Assembly: GCA_021734665.1 (NCBI GenBank)
Contig: JAIPIN010000001.1
Location: forward strand, 1 to 59,759
Direction: 5' to 3'
Source: Kiritimatiellales bacterium
GTDB taxonomy: Bacteria > Patescibacteriota > Gracilibacteria > Peribacterales > Peribacteraceae
Length of the DNA stretch: 59,759 nucleotides
Shown: positions 1-9,749 of the stretch, one piece after another
Layout of the letters: each line of letters opens with the position of its first letter
Position numbering within the stretch: position 1 is the stretch's first letter
Program-made: the position numbers and the translations under genes
Notes under the pieces: model-generated
Told to the model about the DNA's origin: nothing
The model's database searches: none
The model's input: the letters and a program-made list of their open reading frames with translations, nothing else

Positions 1-2
1 AA

Positions 3-518
3 TGTGAACCATCTATTCATAACAAAGATCTTCCTTATGGTTGTGGAAACGATTGTCGTTTTGATTCTGAGCTTTGTGGTGATGGGAAACGAGACCCAGG
101 AGAAGAGTGTGATGCAGGAGGACGCAACTCAGATGTTCCAGGATCTACCTGTAGAACTAATTGCTCATCTCCTCGTTGTGGAGACGGAATACTAGATGCT
201 TACGAAGGATGTGATGACGGCAACCTCCTAATCGGCGATGGTTGTAATAACCAATGTAGAACAGAAGTAGCTTCAGCTTTTGCAACAGGGCTTGGATTCC
301 ATCAGTCATCTAATGTTCTTGGTCAACAAAACATTGCCTATCCTGGATATGCAAATCTAAATGCACTTCCATACCAGCTTCCACTAGCACCAATTGCTCA
401 ACTCACAACTTCAAGACCCCCAGAAGGAGATACGGGACCGGTTGCTATTGCAATAATGTCTGCTGGAGCTGCTGTAGGCTTTGCTGCAAGCAGGAGAAAA
501 AAGAAACAAAAGAGTTAA
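3..518 (+). CDS. 3' part of a Cys-rich repeat (DUF4215/Myxococcus-type 'CGDG...EECDDGN') surface protein with a C-terminal sorting-like tail; 5'-truncated by the window
   Basis: Frame 3 is open from nt 3 to TAA 516-518 and is not in the ORF track. My translation: CEPSIHNKDLPYGCGNDCRFDSELCGDGKRDPGEECDAGG...CGDGILDAYEGCDDGNLLIGDGCNNQCRTE...RPPEGDTGPVAIAIMSAGAAVGFAASRRKKKQKS*. Confidence 0.85.
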   Translation, partial: CEPSIHNKDLPYGCGNDCRFDSELCGDGKRDPGEECDAGGRNSDVPGSTCRTNCSSPRCGDGILDAYEGCDDGNLLIGDGCNNQCRTEVASAFATGLGFHQSSNVLGQQNIAYPGYANLNALPYQLPLAPIAQLTTSRPPEGDTGPVAIAIMSAGAAVGFAASRRKKKQKS

Positions 519-548
519 AAGAGAGCCTATCTAACGTGGACTCTTTTT
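517..548. terminator. Probable bidirectional intrinsic terminator
   Basis: Imperfect stem AAAAGAGAGCC...GGACTCTTTTT between convergent genes, with A-tract before and T-tract after. Confidence 0.5.
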
Positions 549-585
549 ACTCATTTATCTCCTTTTGATTCTTTTTGTATTACCC

Positions 586-1434
586 TTATTTCTTCTTCAT
601 TCCTCTCAAAAACGCTTTCCTGTGTTTTCCGCTCATAGTTGGCAGAAGTGATGCGATTTTGTAAGCAATTCGTTTAAGCCCTGTTGGGTGGCGATCCAGA
701 TGTGGGAAATTTGTGATAGAGCGTCCAAGAGTTTCCATTCTTTCCAATGATTCTTCCAAAGAAAGTGGATGGTGATGAATTGCTTTTGCTTCTGGTTCGT
801 AAAAAAGCTGTAGTGGCACATTTTTTATCCGCTCTCCCCATTCCACATCTTCCCATCCGTATAGAGATAAATCTTCACGGAATGGATGTTCTTTAACAAT
901 GTCTGTAGGAACACTTATATGGCTTGTATAGGTGAATCGATGTTGTATCGGTTTAGGTATAAAATCTTTGGAATATGACTCGATTAGTGGATATCCAAAT
1001 TGCCATCCTGATTTCTCTAACCATTTCATTGCAGGTGTTACTTCTATATTTGGATCCCATGTTGTGTAACCTAAAACGGCCATAGAAAGAGGGCCGCCTT
1101 CTTCTGCTTGTTTAAGATGTGCATTGATATGTTTCTCGCATGCCTCGGGTTTAAGAAATATATCATCTCCAATGATTAGAGACCTAGAGGACTGTGCTTT
1201 TTCGATACCACGATTACGCGCAACTCCTTGCTGACATCTTCCGATCTCAATAAGTTTAATGGGCATTTTCCATTTCTTTTCTTTGCATACAATTGCAGTT
1301 TCTTCATCTGGTTCATCACTCACTATCACAACCTCAAGTGCTTCACATGCTGTTTGTTTTTCGATATGTTTTAGGCACTGCTCAAGAATTTTTGAGCGCT
1401 TGTGAGTAGGGATGATTACAGAGAGAGAAGGCAT
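586..1434 (-). CDS. Glycosyltransferase family 2
   Basis: N-terminal SVIIPT, ARNRG, IIGDD (DxD-like) and YGWEDVEW motifs. Confidence 0.9.
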   Translation of the reverse strand: MPSLSVIIPTHKRSKILEQCLKHIEKQTACEALEVVIVSDEPDEETAIVCKEKKWKMPIKLIEIGRCQQGVARNRGIEKAQSSRSLIIGDDIFLKPEACEKHINAHLKQAEEGGPLSMAVLGYTTWDPNIEVTPAMKWLEKSGWQFGYPLIESYSKDFIPKPIQHRFTYTSHISVPTDIVKEHPFREDLSLYGWEDVEWGERIKNVPLQLFYEPEAKAIHHHPLSLEESLERMETLGRSITNFPHLDRHPTGLKRIAYKIASLLPTMSGKHRKAFLRGMKKK

Positions 1435-1438
1435 AAAA

Positions 1439-1532
1439 AAATTGAGAATTCAGAATGCAGAATTAAGAATTACGGTACGCTATTTATAGTACATGGCTAA
1501 TTCTACATTTTTAATTCTAAATTCTAAATTCT
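1439..1532. repeat. Inverted heptamer tandem arrays (AGAATTN)n / (NAATTCT)n in a divergent intergenic region
   Basis: aaattga gaattca gaatgca gaattaa gaatta (1439-1472) versus taattct acatttt taattct aaattct aaattct (1498-1532). Confidence 0.8.
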
Positions 1533-1536
1533 TTAA

Positions 1537-2145
1537 ATGCATTGCCTATTTATAGATATAGCTAGTCACGATGGATTTATTGCTCTTCTTAGCGAAGAAG
1601 GAGTAGTTGGATCTATAGAAATTAATACTCGTATCAGGGATCATGAGCTTATTCCACTTGTGGAGGACATGATTAATAAGGCTGGTTGGAATTATAAAGA
1701 TTTGACTAATATTGCATGTGTAATCGGGCCTGGTGGATTTACAAGCTTGCGAGTTGCGGTTTCATTTGCCAATACTTTGATGGATCAGTTGGGTATTGAT
1801 GGGGCAGGAGTGCATTTATCAGATTTGTATTTAGAAAGGTCGAAAGGTCAGAAGGTCGAAAGGTCAGATGTCGTCTGGCTACACGCCACAAAGAGAGATT
1901 CAATATTTGTAAAAGGAAGCGAATGGACAGAGCCAACAATGGTTAAATTGGAAGATTTCAAAGAAAAAGTGCCTCAAGGATCTAAATGGATGGGGGAGCT
2001 TTTGGATGAACAAATCGAATATTTATCTTCAAAGGATCTGATTAAAGCAGAGCTTAAATCCATTGAAGAAGTGCTTCCTGAGCTGATTCTTAAGCAGAAA
2101 TTCGAATCTAAACCACTTGAGCCTTGGTATGGAAGGAATGGATAG
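1537..2145 (+). CDS. tsaB: tRNA threonylcarbamoyladenosine biosynthesis protein TsaB
   Basis: LFIDIAS start, HELIPLVEDM, IACVIGPGGFTSLRVAV signature and C-terminal LEPWY. Confidence 0.9.
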   Translation: MHCLFIDIASHDGFIALLSEEGVVGSIEINTRIRDHELIPLVEDMINKAGWNYKDLTNIACVIGPGGFTSLRVAVSFANTLMDQLGIDGAGVHLSDLYLERSKGQKVERSDVVWLHATKRDSIFVKGSEWTEPTMVKLEDFKEKVPQGSKWMGELLDEQIEYLSSKDLIKAELKSIEEVLPELILKQKFESKPLEPWYGRNG

Positions 2146-2188
2146 ATTTCTAAAATCTTAATCACTTCTCTGCTATCATTTATCAGAA

Positions 2189-4906
2189 ATGTCTACGATA
2201 GATTTCTTGAACAAACTACTTGGCGATCCAAATGAGCGTGAACTTAAAAAGCTCAGGCCTAAAGTCGCAAAAGTAAAAAAGGCAACAGAGTTAGAAGATA
2301 TTAAAAAATTGCAGCTTGATGATCTTCCAAAGAAGACAGAAGAATTCAAAAAACGAATTCAAGCAGGAGAAACTGTAGATGATCTGATGCCTGAAGCATT
2401 CGCAACAGTTATCCGTGCATGTGAACTTATAAAAGGGAAAGAGGCAACACTCGGAAAGCAGAAATTTGTTTGGAACATGGTTCCGTTTGATGTTCAGATT
2501 CTTGGAGGAATAGTTCTACATGAAGGAAATATCTCCGAGATGAAAACAGGAGAAGGAAAAACGCTCGTATGTACGATGCCTGTGTATCTGAATGCATTAG
2601 AAGGGAAAGGGGTACATGTTGTTACAGTTAATGATTACCTAGCAAAGCGTGATGCAGTTTGGATGGGAATGCTTTACGAAGCTCTTGGCCTAACAGTTGG
2701 CTCTGTTTTGCATGAAAAAAGTAACGAAGAAAGAAAGCAGTCGTATGCATGTGATGTTACTTATGGGACGAATAATGAGTTCGGTTTTGACTATCTGCGT
2801 GACAATATGACCAGCTCTATTGAGCGTCAGGTTCAGCGTGGATTGCACTATGCCATTGTTGATGAAGTAGACAGTATTTTGGTAGATGAGGCACGCACGC
2901 CTCTTATTATTAGTCAGCCTGCAGATGAATCAACTTCTAAGTATATGCAATATGCGCAGATGGCTAAGAGTCTTAAAGAAAATGTTCATTACAACAAAGA
3001 TGAGAAGCAACGCGTCGCAACTCTTACAGAAGAAGGAATAAAACATATGGAAGAGCTACTTGGGGTTGATAATATTTACACGGATAAAGGTTTTGAAGAA
3101 GTGCACCATATAGAGCAAGCGCTAAGGGCACATGCAATTTATGAATTAGATGTGGATTATGTGGTTAAAGACGGTGAGGTAATAATTGTAGATGAGTTCA
3201 CAGGACGCCTAATGCCAGGACGTCGATATGGCCACGGCCTTCATCAGGCAGTTGAGGCAAAAGAAGGTGTAGAGGTTCAGCGCGAAAGTAAGACTCTTGC
3301 GACAATAACCTTTCAAAACTATTTCCGTTTATACAACAAGCTTGCAGGAATGACTGGAACGGCAAAAACAGAAGCGGAAGAATTCGAATCTATCTATGAA
3401 TTGCGAACCATTGTGATCCCAACCAATAAGCCTCTTCAGCGTGATGATAAGGCAGATGCAATTTATCGAACTGTAGAAGCAAAATTTAAAGCAGTTGCAA
3501 AAATTGCTAAGGAAAAACACGAAAAAGGTCAGCCAGTTTTAATTGGAACTACATCGATAGATAAATCTGAGGCTCTTTCTAAATTGCTAGACATAGAAAA
3601 GGTGCCTCATAATGTTCTGAATGCTAAGCAGCATGAAAAGGAGGCGGATATTGTAGCAGGGGCAGGACAAAAAGGAGCGATTACAATTGCTACCAATATG
3701 GCAGGGCGAGGAACAGACATTAAGCTAGAAGAGGGGGTTACAGATTTGGGTGGACTATGCATTATGGGTACAGAACGTCATGAAGCACGTCGAATCGATA
3801 ACCAGTTGCGTGGTCGTGCAGGACGCCAAGGAGATCCAGGAGAGAGTAGATTTTTTGTCTCTATGGAAGATGATCTTATGCGACTATTTGGTGGCGATCG
3901 ACTAAAAACAATGATGGAAAGGCTCAAGGTTCCAGATGATGTTCCGCTAGAAAATAAAATTGTCTCTCGCTCTATAGAGAGTGCGCAAAAGAAAGTAGAA
4001 GGCAGAAACTTTGATATTCGTCGTCACGTGGTTCAGTACGATGACGTAATGAACAAACACCGCGAGATTATTTATACAAGGAGACAAAAGATATTGGTTC
4101 GGCTGAAGGATGCAGAGGAGTCAAATAACTCAAATGATTCAAAGGATCAGCCATTGCATGAGGATATTATTGAAGCTCTTAAAGGGGAGGCACAGTCTAT
4201 GGTAGATGTGCATGTTGCAGGTAACGATCCAGAGAAGTGGAACTTGCAAGAAGTGCATGAGATTCTCGCAGCACTACATCCTCAGTTAGTAGAAATTGTT
4301 ACACTCGAAAAGCTCAAGGCGTTTAATGATCGTGATAAATTGCATGACTCAATCGAAAAACTTCTTTTGGATTTCTTCGATGCAAAATGTAAAGATTTTG
4401 ATCCGCAGACCGTTGCACAAGCTGAGCAAGTGGTGACACTACGCTCGATCGATACACACTGGATGTCTCATATTGATGAGATGTCTCATTTGCGTGAACA
4501 GGTTGCTTTTTCTGGATACGCACAACGAGATCCTCTTATTGAATACAAGGATCAAGGCTTCCGACGATTCCAGCAGCTTTTGGCAGCTATAGATTCGTCG
4601 ATTGTACGCACGCTTATGCAAATCGACTTCTTGCAATTCTCTCCACAGGCTTTCTTGTCTCGTGCACAGGCAGAGGTGGAGTCTTTGCAGACAAACGAGG
4701 ACCAGATTGAAGCAGAGCTTTCTCAAACCGGTGTGGCCGGATCAGCCCAGAAGCAAGTGCAAAATCCTGCCATTATGCAGAATCCTCAAGCTGTGGCCCG
4801 TCAAATATCGGCTCAAATCCCTAGAGATATAGATAAGGTTGGTAGAAATGATCCATGTCCTTGCGGATCGGGCAAGAAATATAAGAAATGCTGTGGAGCG
4901 CTATAG
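2189..4906 (+). CDS. secA: Preprotein translocase subunit SecA
   Basis: MKTGEGKT Walker [54 protein letters not shown] and C-terminal SEC-C motif [18 protein letters not shown]. Confidence 0.99.
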   Translation: MSTIDFLNKLLGDPNERELKKLRPKVAKVKKATELEDIKKLQLDDLPKKTEEFKKRIQAGETVDDLMPEAFATVIRACELIKGKEATLGKQKFVWNMVPFDVQILGGIVLHEGNISEMKTGEGKTLVCTMPVYLNALEGKGVHVVTVNDYLAKRDAVWMGMLYEALGLTVGSVLHEKSNEERKQSYACDVTYGTNNEFGFDYLRDNMTSSIERQVQRGLHYAIVDEVDSILVDEARTPLIISQPADESTSKYMQYAQMAKSLKENVHYNKDEKQRVATLTEEGIKHMEELLGVDNIYTDKGFEEVHHIEQALRAHAIYELDVDYVVKDGEVIIVDEFTGRLMPGRRYGHGLHQAVEAKEGVEVQRESKTLATITFQNYFRLYNKLAGMTGTAKTEAEEFESIYELRTIVIPTNKPLQRDDKADAIYRTVEAKFKAVAKIAKEKHEKGQPVLIGTTSIDKSEALSKLLDIEKVPHNVLNAKQHEKEADIVAGAGQKGAITIATNMAGRGTDIKLEEGVTDLGGLCIMGTERHEARRIDNQLRGRAGRQGDPGESRFFVSMEDDLMRLFGGDRLKTMMERLKVPDDVPLENKIVSRSIESAQKKVEGRNFDIRRHVVQYDDVMNKHREIIYTRRQKILVRLKDAEESNNSNDSKDQPLHEDIIEALKGEAQSMVDVHVAGNDPEKWNLQEVHEILAALHPQLVEIVTLEKLKAFNDRDKLHDSIEKLLLDFFDAKCKDFDPQTVAQAEQVVTLRSIDTHWMSHIDEMSHLREQVAFSGYAQRDPLIEYKDQGFRRFQQLLAAIDSSIVRTLMQIDFLQFSPQAFLSRAQAEVESLQTNEDQIEAELSQTGVAGSAQKQVQNPAIMQNPQAVARQISAQIPRDIDKVGRNDPCPCGSGKKYKKCCGAL

Positions 4907-5003
4907 AGTATTAGATTAATAGAATATTGGAATATTAGGGTCACAAAGCCTTATTATGTCTGTTCCCAATATTCTATTATTCCAATATTCTATTATTCCA
5001 ATT
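4907..5003. repeat. Inverted octamer tandem arrays (AATATTRG)n / (CAATATTC)n
   Basis: agtattag attaatag aatattgg aatattag ... caatattc tattattc caatattc tattattc between secA and holB. Confidence 0.75.
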
Positions 5004-5975
5004 ATGGTGAAGTCTCAGCAAATCGTCGGCCACCAAATCCAGCGAGATCAGCTTCTCGCAGATATTGAGCAGGATAATGTAGCGCATGCATATTTGTTTA
5101 GCGGCTCAAGCAATTTAGGCAAGATGCCTATTGCGCGCTGGTTTGCACAGAAGCTTTTGTTGCAAGGCGTTCCCGATGAAAAAATTAAAGATACACAAGG
5201 TCAGATAGAGAAACTAGTTCACCCAGATTTAATGGTACTTGATCAATTATGGATTGATGGAGTTTGTGATGATTGGGATATAATTGCTAGAACATCAAAT
5301 GTACCACAACAACACCGATCAAAAAAACCTCCTGCAAAAACAGACATAATCAGTATTGATGATGTGCGTGGGTTACAAGATAGTCTTTATGAAACTGGAA
5401 CAGGAATATGGCGCTGTTGCATTATTCGCTCCATGGAGAGAATGCAAGATACTGCTGCAAGTGCGTTCTTGAAAATATTGGAAGAACCGCCCAAGGGGGT
5501 TGTTTTTATTCTTACAACACAAGAGTTATCATCACTTTTGCCAACAGTTGTATCTCGTGCACGCGTTGTTCGGTTCCATCGTCTTGCATACCCCGAACTC
5601 CATCCGCTTTTAGAAGGTGTTTCTGAAGATGACGCAAAATTTATTTTGCATTTATCCCAAGGGGCTCCAGGAAGGCTTGTTAATCTGCGTGATGACCCTG
5701 ATCTACTTCGCGAGCAGAGGCTTATGCACTCCAAGGCAGTTTCGTTTTGGAAATCTAAAGTGCTTAGAGAAAGACTTTCTCTTCTTAAGCCTCTTCACCA
5801 GCGTGGCGAAGAATCAAAACAGTTTTTACAGCATTTATCTTTAGCTTTGCGAGAGCAAATTTCTAGTGATTCTGCAGCAAATGTATCAGCACTTATGGAA
5901 TTATCGGAAGGACTTAAAACCAATGCACACAGGCAATTGCTCACTCAGCGCTTTGCTCTCCGTTGTGGAATTTAA
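5004..5975 (+). CDS. holB: DNA polymerase III subunit delta' (clamp loader)
   Basis: IVGHQ, HAYLFSG..NLGK, HPD, ISIDDVR, AFLKILEEPP and LLPTVVSR motifs. Start moved to ATG 5004 because the longer ORF begins inside the repeat and TATTAT lies 7 nt upstream of 5004. Confidence 0.85.
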   Translation: MVKSQQIVGHQIQRDQLLADIEQDNVAHAYLFSGSSNLGKMPIARWFAQKLLLQGVPDEKIKDTQGQIEKLVHPDLMVLDQLWIDGVCDDWDIIARTSNVPQQHRSKKPPAKTDIISIDDVRGLQDSLYETGTGIWRCCIIRSMERMQDTAASAFLKILEEPPKGVVFILTTQELSSLLPTVVSRARVVRFHRLAYPELHPLLEGVSEDDAKFILHLSQGAPGRLVNLRDDPDLLREQRLMHSKAVSFWKSKVLRERLSLLKPLHQRGEESKQFLQHLSLALREQISSDSAANVSALMELSEGLKTNAHRQLLTQRFALRCGI

Positions 5976-6039
5976 TATTAAGCCACTTAAAACACATTAA
6001 TAACAAGCCTTAGACCATATATATAATGACGATTCTACT

Positions 6040-6067
6040 TGTCAAATGTTAACGGTTAACTGTTAAA
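6040..6067 (+). repeat. Short heptamer array in a 5' leader
   Basis: tgtcaaa tgttaac ggttaac tgttaaa, downstream of TATAAT at 6022-6027. Confidence 0.5.
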
Positions 6068-6840
6068 TGTGTGCCGTGGTATATGTATTAGTCCTTTTCG
6101 GCTCTTTTCTAGTTATTTGTAGTATTGTATTGGGGCGAATGTTGCTTAAAAATCGCTCAGTTCGCAAATATGTAAGAAACATGAGACAGCGTATTCAATC
6201 CGCTGAAGATCGTGGTGCTGTAATTTTGGACGAGACCCCACTAGAAAAGCCAAAAAGAGATATGCGCACTACTGCGATTCAATTGCAAAAATCGCGCACA
6301 TTTTTACATCGTGCAGAGAAGGCAATTGCTCAAGGCAAATTTGACATCGCTGAAGGATTACTTATTCAAGCGCTTACTGTAGATCCAGATGCGCATGATG
6401 TACGTGCACAATTAGCTAAGCTATATCTAGATGAAAAGAGAGATTCAAAAGCAGAAGCTATGTATAAAGAGCTTTTACAATTTAAAGATGATGCATCTTT
6501 CCGTGCGAATCTTGGTCTTGCCTATTACAGGCAAGAGAAGTTTGATCTAGCATGCGAAGCCTATCAGGCAGCACTAGATAGAGATTCGCAGAATCCTGAG
6601 CGCCTTGCCGCCCTTGGGAGGGCCTGTGTTGCAGCTAGACACTATGAAGATGCCACTCTTCTATTAGATAAGGCAACAGCTCGTCTTTCGCGTGATACGG
6701 AATTGCTAGGGCTATTAGCTGAGTGTGCTATGCAAATAGGGGACAAAGAGAAAGCAGAGGAAACATATCGTAGAATTAATAAAATAGAGCCATATAATCA
6801 GGATGTGAAAGATAAGCTAGCAGAATTGGCAAGTGCTTAA
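6067..6840 (+). CDS. Membrane-anchored tetratricopeptide-repeat protein
   Basis: N-terminal hydrophobic helix followed by TPR-like units (ANLGLAYYRQEKFDLACEAYQAALDRD); start codon uncertain. Confidence 0.8.
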   Translation: MCAVVYVLVLFGSFLVICSIVLGRMLLKNRSVRKYVRNMRQRIQSAEDRGAVILDETPLEKPKRDMRTTAIQLQKSRTFLHRAEKAIAQGKFDIAEGLLIQALTVDPDAHDVRAQLAKLYLDEKRDSKAEAMYKELLQFKDDASFRANLGLAYYRQEKFDLACEAYQAALDRDSQNPERLAALGRACVAARHYEDATLLLDKATARLSRDTELLGLLAECAMQIGDKEKAEETYRRINKIEPYNQDVKDKLAELASA

Positions 6841-6885
6841 AAAAGATGTGCTTGCCGATATGCAGTTTATGCTATTCTTATTTTA

Positions 6886-7644
6886 ATGTTGATGACTACA
6901 TCTTGGGATGATGGCTATGAATTAGACTTGGAGATTGCTCAGGTTCTACAGGACTATAACTGCACGGGGACATTTTATGTATGTCCGAAAAAAAATAAGA
7001 ATAAGTCAAAACTTACAGTAGATGATGTCTTTGATCTTTCCAAGCGACACGAGATTGGAGCACATAGCGTGACTCATCCATGGCTTCCAGATTTGGCTCC
7101 TGTGGATATAGAAAGAGAGATTCTTCAGAGTAAGCAATGGGTTGAGGGTATTACAAATAAAGAATGTAAAATGTTTTGTTATCCTTATGGCGCAAATAAT
7201 GCACATGCAAGAAAATATGTAGAGAAAGCAGGGTTTTTAGGGGCTCGTACGGTTGAATCTCTTCAATTCTCTATGGCCAATCAGTATGCAATGCCAACTA
7301 CTTTGCAAGTCGCACCTTTTCCAGGTCGAAAAGAGTTCAAGCAGTGGTGGCACAAGATAGATATGTTTGGACCTCTGCGTGTAAAATTGCCGCGCTTATT
7401 GGAATTACACGTACCTCTCGGTGCAATGAAAAGTTGGTTGCAACTTGCTGGGGCATTATTGATACATGCTATTGAAAATGATGAACCTTACTTCCATCTT
7501 TGGGGGCATAGCGATGAAATCGAACGATATGAAATGTGGGATCAGTTGGAAAAATTTCTTGAGTTTGCGAATGCTAATGAGGTGAAGTGTGTCACTAATA
7601 GCGAGCTGCTTGAATCACTCATTGGGCAAAATAAAACAGAATAA
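6886..7644 (+). CDS. Polysaccharide deacetylase (NodB/CE4 family)
   Basis: TTSWDDG, GTFYV, EIGAHSVTHP, FCYPYG and HLWGHS motifs. Confidence 0.9.
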   Translation: MLMTTSWDDGYELDLEIAQVLQDYNCTGTFYVCPKKNKNKSKLTVDDVFDLSKRHEIGAHSVTHPWLPDLAPVDIEREILQSKQWVEGITNKECKMFCYPYGANNAHARKYVEKAGFLGARTVESLQFSMANQYAMPTTLQVAPFPGRKEFKQWWHKIDMFGPLRVKLPRLLELHVPLGAMKSWLQLAGALLIHAIENDEPYFHLWGHSDEIERYEMWDQLEKFLEFANANEVKCVTNSELLESLIGQNKTE

Positions 7645-7649
7645 ACCAA

Positions 7650-7934
7650 TCAATCTTCTGCGAGTTCTATTTCACAGTCTCCATGGATCTGTGCTTGGCA
7701 TCCTAGGCGATCTGAATCTTCTGTGATTCCCATATTCTCTTCTCTGTCGTTTCTAGGACTTAAGTTTTCTGATCCTTTGTTTACCTTGCAGCGACACGTA
7801 GTGCAGAAACCATTACCTCCGCATGCATGCTCCATTGGTATACCTTCTCTTAAGGCTGCTTCCAACAGACTTTCGCCCTCTTTAGCTTCTACGTCTATTT
7901 TTTTACCGTCATAGGTAAAGGTGATTTTTGGCAT
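7650..7934 (-). CDS. 2Fe-2S ferredoxin
   Basis: HACGGNGFCTTCRC...RLGCQ cluster-binding motif. Confidence 0.92.
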   Translation of the reverse strand: MPKITFTYDGKKIDVEAKEGESLLEAALREGIPMEHACGGNGFCTTCRCKVNKGSENLSPRNDREENMGITEDSDRLGCQAQIHGDCEIELAED

Positions 7935-8029
7935 AAAAAGAATTGAGAATTAAGAATTGAGAATTAAGAATTAAAGTATAATCCTACTCCATTCTTCATT
8001 ATTAATTATTCATTTTCAATCAATAATTC
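7935..8029. promoter_or_regulatory. Divergent ferredoxin/sufC control region: overlapping -10 boxes flanked by heptamer-array leaders
   Basis: AGTATAAT at 7975-7982 gives TATACT on the minus strand and TATAAT on the plus strand. A (GAATTRA)5 array lies to the left and cattctt cattatt aattatt cattttc to the right. Confidence 0.6.
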
Positions 8030-8791
8030 ATGTCTTCTCTCCTATCCATCTCCAATCTCCATATTTCTGTAGATAAGCAGGAGATCATTCATGGGTTGAA
8101 TTTAGAAGTTCCTAACGGGGAAGTGCATGCAATTATGGGTCCTAATGGATCGGGGAAATCTACATTGGTGAATTCTTTGATGGGACATCCGGCTTATAGT
8201 ATTACAAGCGGCGAGGTTCTACTTGATGGCAAAGATATACTGAAAATGGAAACGCATGAGCGTGCGCAGGCTGGATTATTTCTTGCATTCCAATATCCCA
8301 AAACAATAAGTGGAGTAAGCGTGCGCAATTTTCTATTTGCAGCATATACAGCACAGATGGCGTTTAGGTATCCAGACAAAAGGAAGATTTCACCTATTAC
8401 ATTTCAAGCACTTTTGCAGCAGAAAATGGAACTTTTACATTTAGACTTTGCGTTTTCTGATCGCAATGTGAACGAAGGCTTTTCTGGAGGGGAGAAAAAG
8501 AAATTGGAAATATTGCAGATGCTTATCTTGGAACCAATATTTGCATTGTTAGACGAGACTGACTCTGGCTTGGATATAGATGCGTTAAAAATAGTTGCAG
8601 ATGGTGTGAATCTTATGAGGTCAGGAAAATTTTCGTGTCTATTAGTAACACATTATGCACGTATTCTGAATTACGTTACTCCAGATAAAATTCATGTCAT
8701 GAAACAAGGCCAGATTATAGAAAGTGGAGGAGCAGATCTGGCACAGAGGCTAGAAAAAGAAGGTTATGAGCAAATTGTAGCCAAGTCATAG
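8030..8791 (+). CDS. sufC: Fe-S cluster assembly ATPase SufC
   Basis: GEVHAIMGPNGSGKST, FLAFQYP, NEGFSGGEKK, LDETDSGLDIDAL and VTHYARIL motifs. Confidence 0.97.
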   Translation: MSSLLSISNLHISVDKQEIIHGLNLEVPNGEVHAIMGPNGSGKSTLVNSLMGHPAYSITSGEVLLDGKDILKMETHERAQAGLFLAFQYPKTISGVSVRNFLFAAYTAQMAFRYPDKRKISPITFQALLQQKMELLHLDFAFSDRNVNEGFSGGEKKKLEILQMLILEPIFALLDETDSGLDIDALKIVADGVNLMRSGKFSCLLVTHYARILNYVTPDKIHVMKQGQIIESGGADLAQRLEKEGYEQIVAKS

Positions 8792-8940
8792 TGCCAAAAA
8801 ACAGCAAGAAGACTTTTCGATTGAATCGTCACTTTATTGATATTCATTTGTCTAATACAGTATGATCTCTGCTCGCTTTGGGCAGTGCGAATATTTTCTT
8901 TCATTCTCTTCCAATTATACTTATGGATAACAATACATGT

Positions 8941-9672
8941 ATGCGTCATCCAGTATGGCTTCCAATTATTTTGGCTCTAATTGTTGGGGGGCTATACATC
9001 ACAGGAAAATATATAGAAAGCCAAGACTTAAGGCCTGTAACAATCTCTGTAAACGGAGAGGGCAAGATTATGGCTGTTCCAGATATTGCAGAGCTAAGCT
9101 TTGGTGTACAGACCGGACGTCAAGAAACAGCAGAAAAGGCTATGGAAATTCTTACAAATAAGATGACTGCAGTTTTTGATGCAGTTAAAGCATTAGATAT
9201 AGATGAAAAAGATATAATGACTCAATCTTTATCGCTTAATCCATCTTACGATTGGGATGAGGGGAAAAGAACAGATGAAGGGTTCGAAGCAAACCAGAAC
9301 CTACGTGTAAAAATCCGCGACCTTGATCAAATGAGTGCAGTACTTTCTGCTGCGACTTCTGCTGGAGCAAACCAAGCAGGTAGTGTCGGGTTCACTATTG
9401 ATGATCCTGAGGAACTAAGAGCTCAGGCGCGTGAAAAGGCTATTAAGAATGCAGAAGAGAAGGCACAAGCATTAGCTGCTCAGCTAGGCAAAAGCGTTGG
9501 GAAGCTAAAAGGATTTAACGAAGGGGGTGGATATTACGAGCCACGCTATGAGAAAGCGATGGCTATGGATATGGCAGGTGGTATGGGTGGCGGAGGCCAA
9601 GTTGCTCCACCGATTCCTGCAGGAGAACAAGAAATTAATGTAACTGTATCACTCGTTTACGAGCTTAAATAA
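8941..9672 (+). CDS. SIMPL (DUF541/BP26) domain protein
   Basis: N-terminal TM helix, ISVNGEGK...PDIA, REKAIKNAEEKAQALA and final VSLVYEL; start set to ATG 8941. Confidence 0.9.
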   Translation: MRHPVWLPIILALIVGGLYITGKYIESQDLRPVTISVNGEGKIMAVPDIAELSFGVQTGRQETAEKAMEILTNKMTAVFDAVKALDIDEKDIMTQSLSLNPSYDWDEGKRTDEGFEANQNLRVKIRDLDQMSAVLSAATSAGANQAGSVGFTIDDPEELRAQAREKAIKNAEEKAQALAAQLGKSVGKLKGFNEGGGYYEPRYEKAMAMDMAGGMGGGGQVAPPIPAGEQEINVTVSLVYELK

Positions 9673-9695
9673 CTATAGTAATTCTATATTCTCAT

Positions 9696-9720
9696 AGGGG
9701 CTCCATTAGGAGCCTCTTTT
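9696..9720 (+). terminator. Intrinsic terminator after the SIMPL gene
   Basis: AGGGGCTCC-atta-GGAGCCTCT stem-loop followed by a T run. Confidence 0.7.
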
Positions 9721-9749
9721 GAGTAATATTTAAAATAGAAAATAACATA

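Noticed and set aside
4..195. 63-aa ORF from the track
   Set aside because: It is an out-of-frame shadow of the Cys-repeat protein in frame 3, which has recognisable motifs.
4956..5003. N-terminal extensions in the ORF track for holB and for ORFs 8878, 12722, 16667, 20756, 28293, 31002, 39899, 48836 and 57593
   Set aside because: The extensions run through repeats or promoter DNA. Downstream ATGs better match family N-termini and/or a -10 box.
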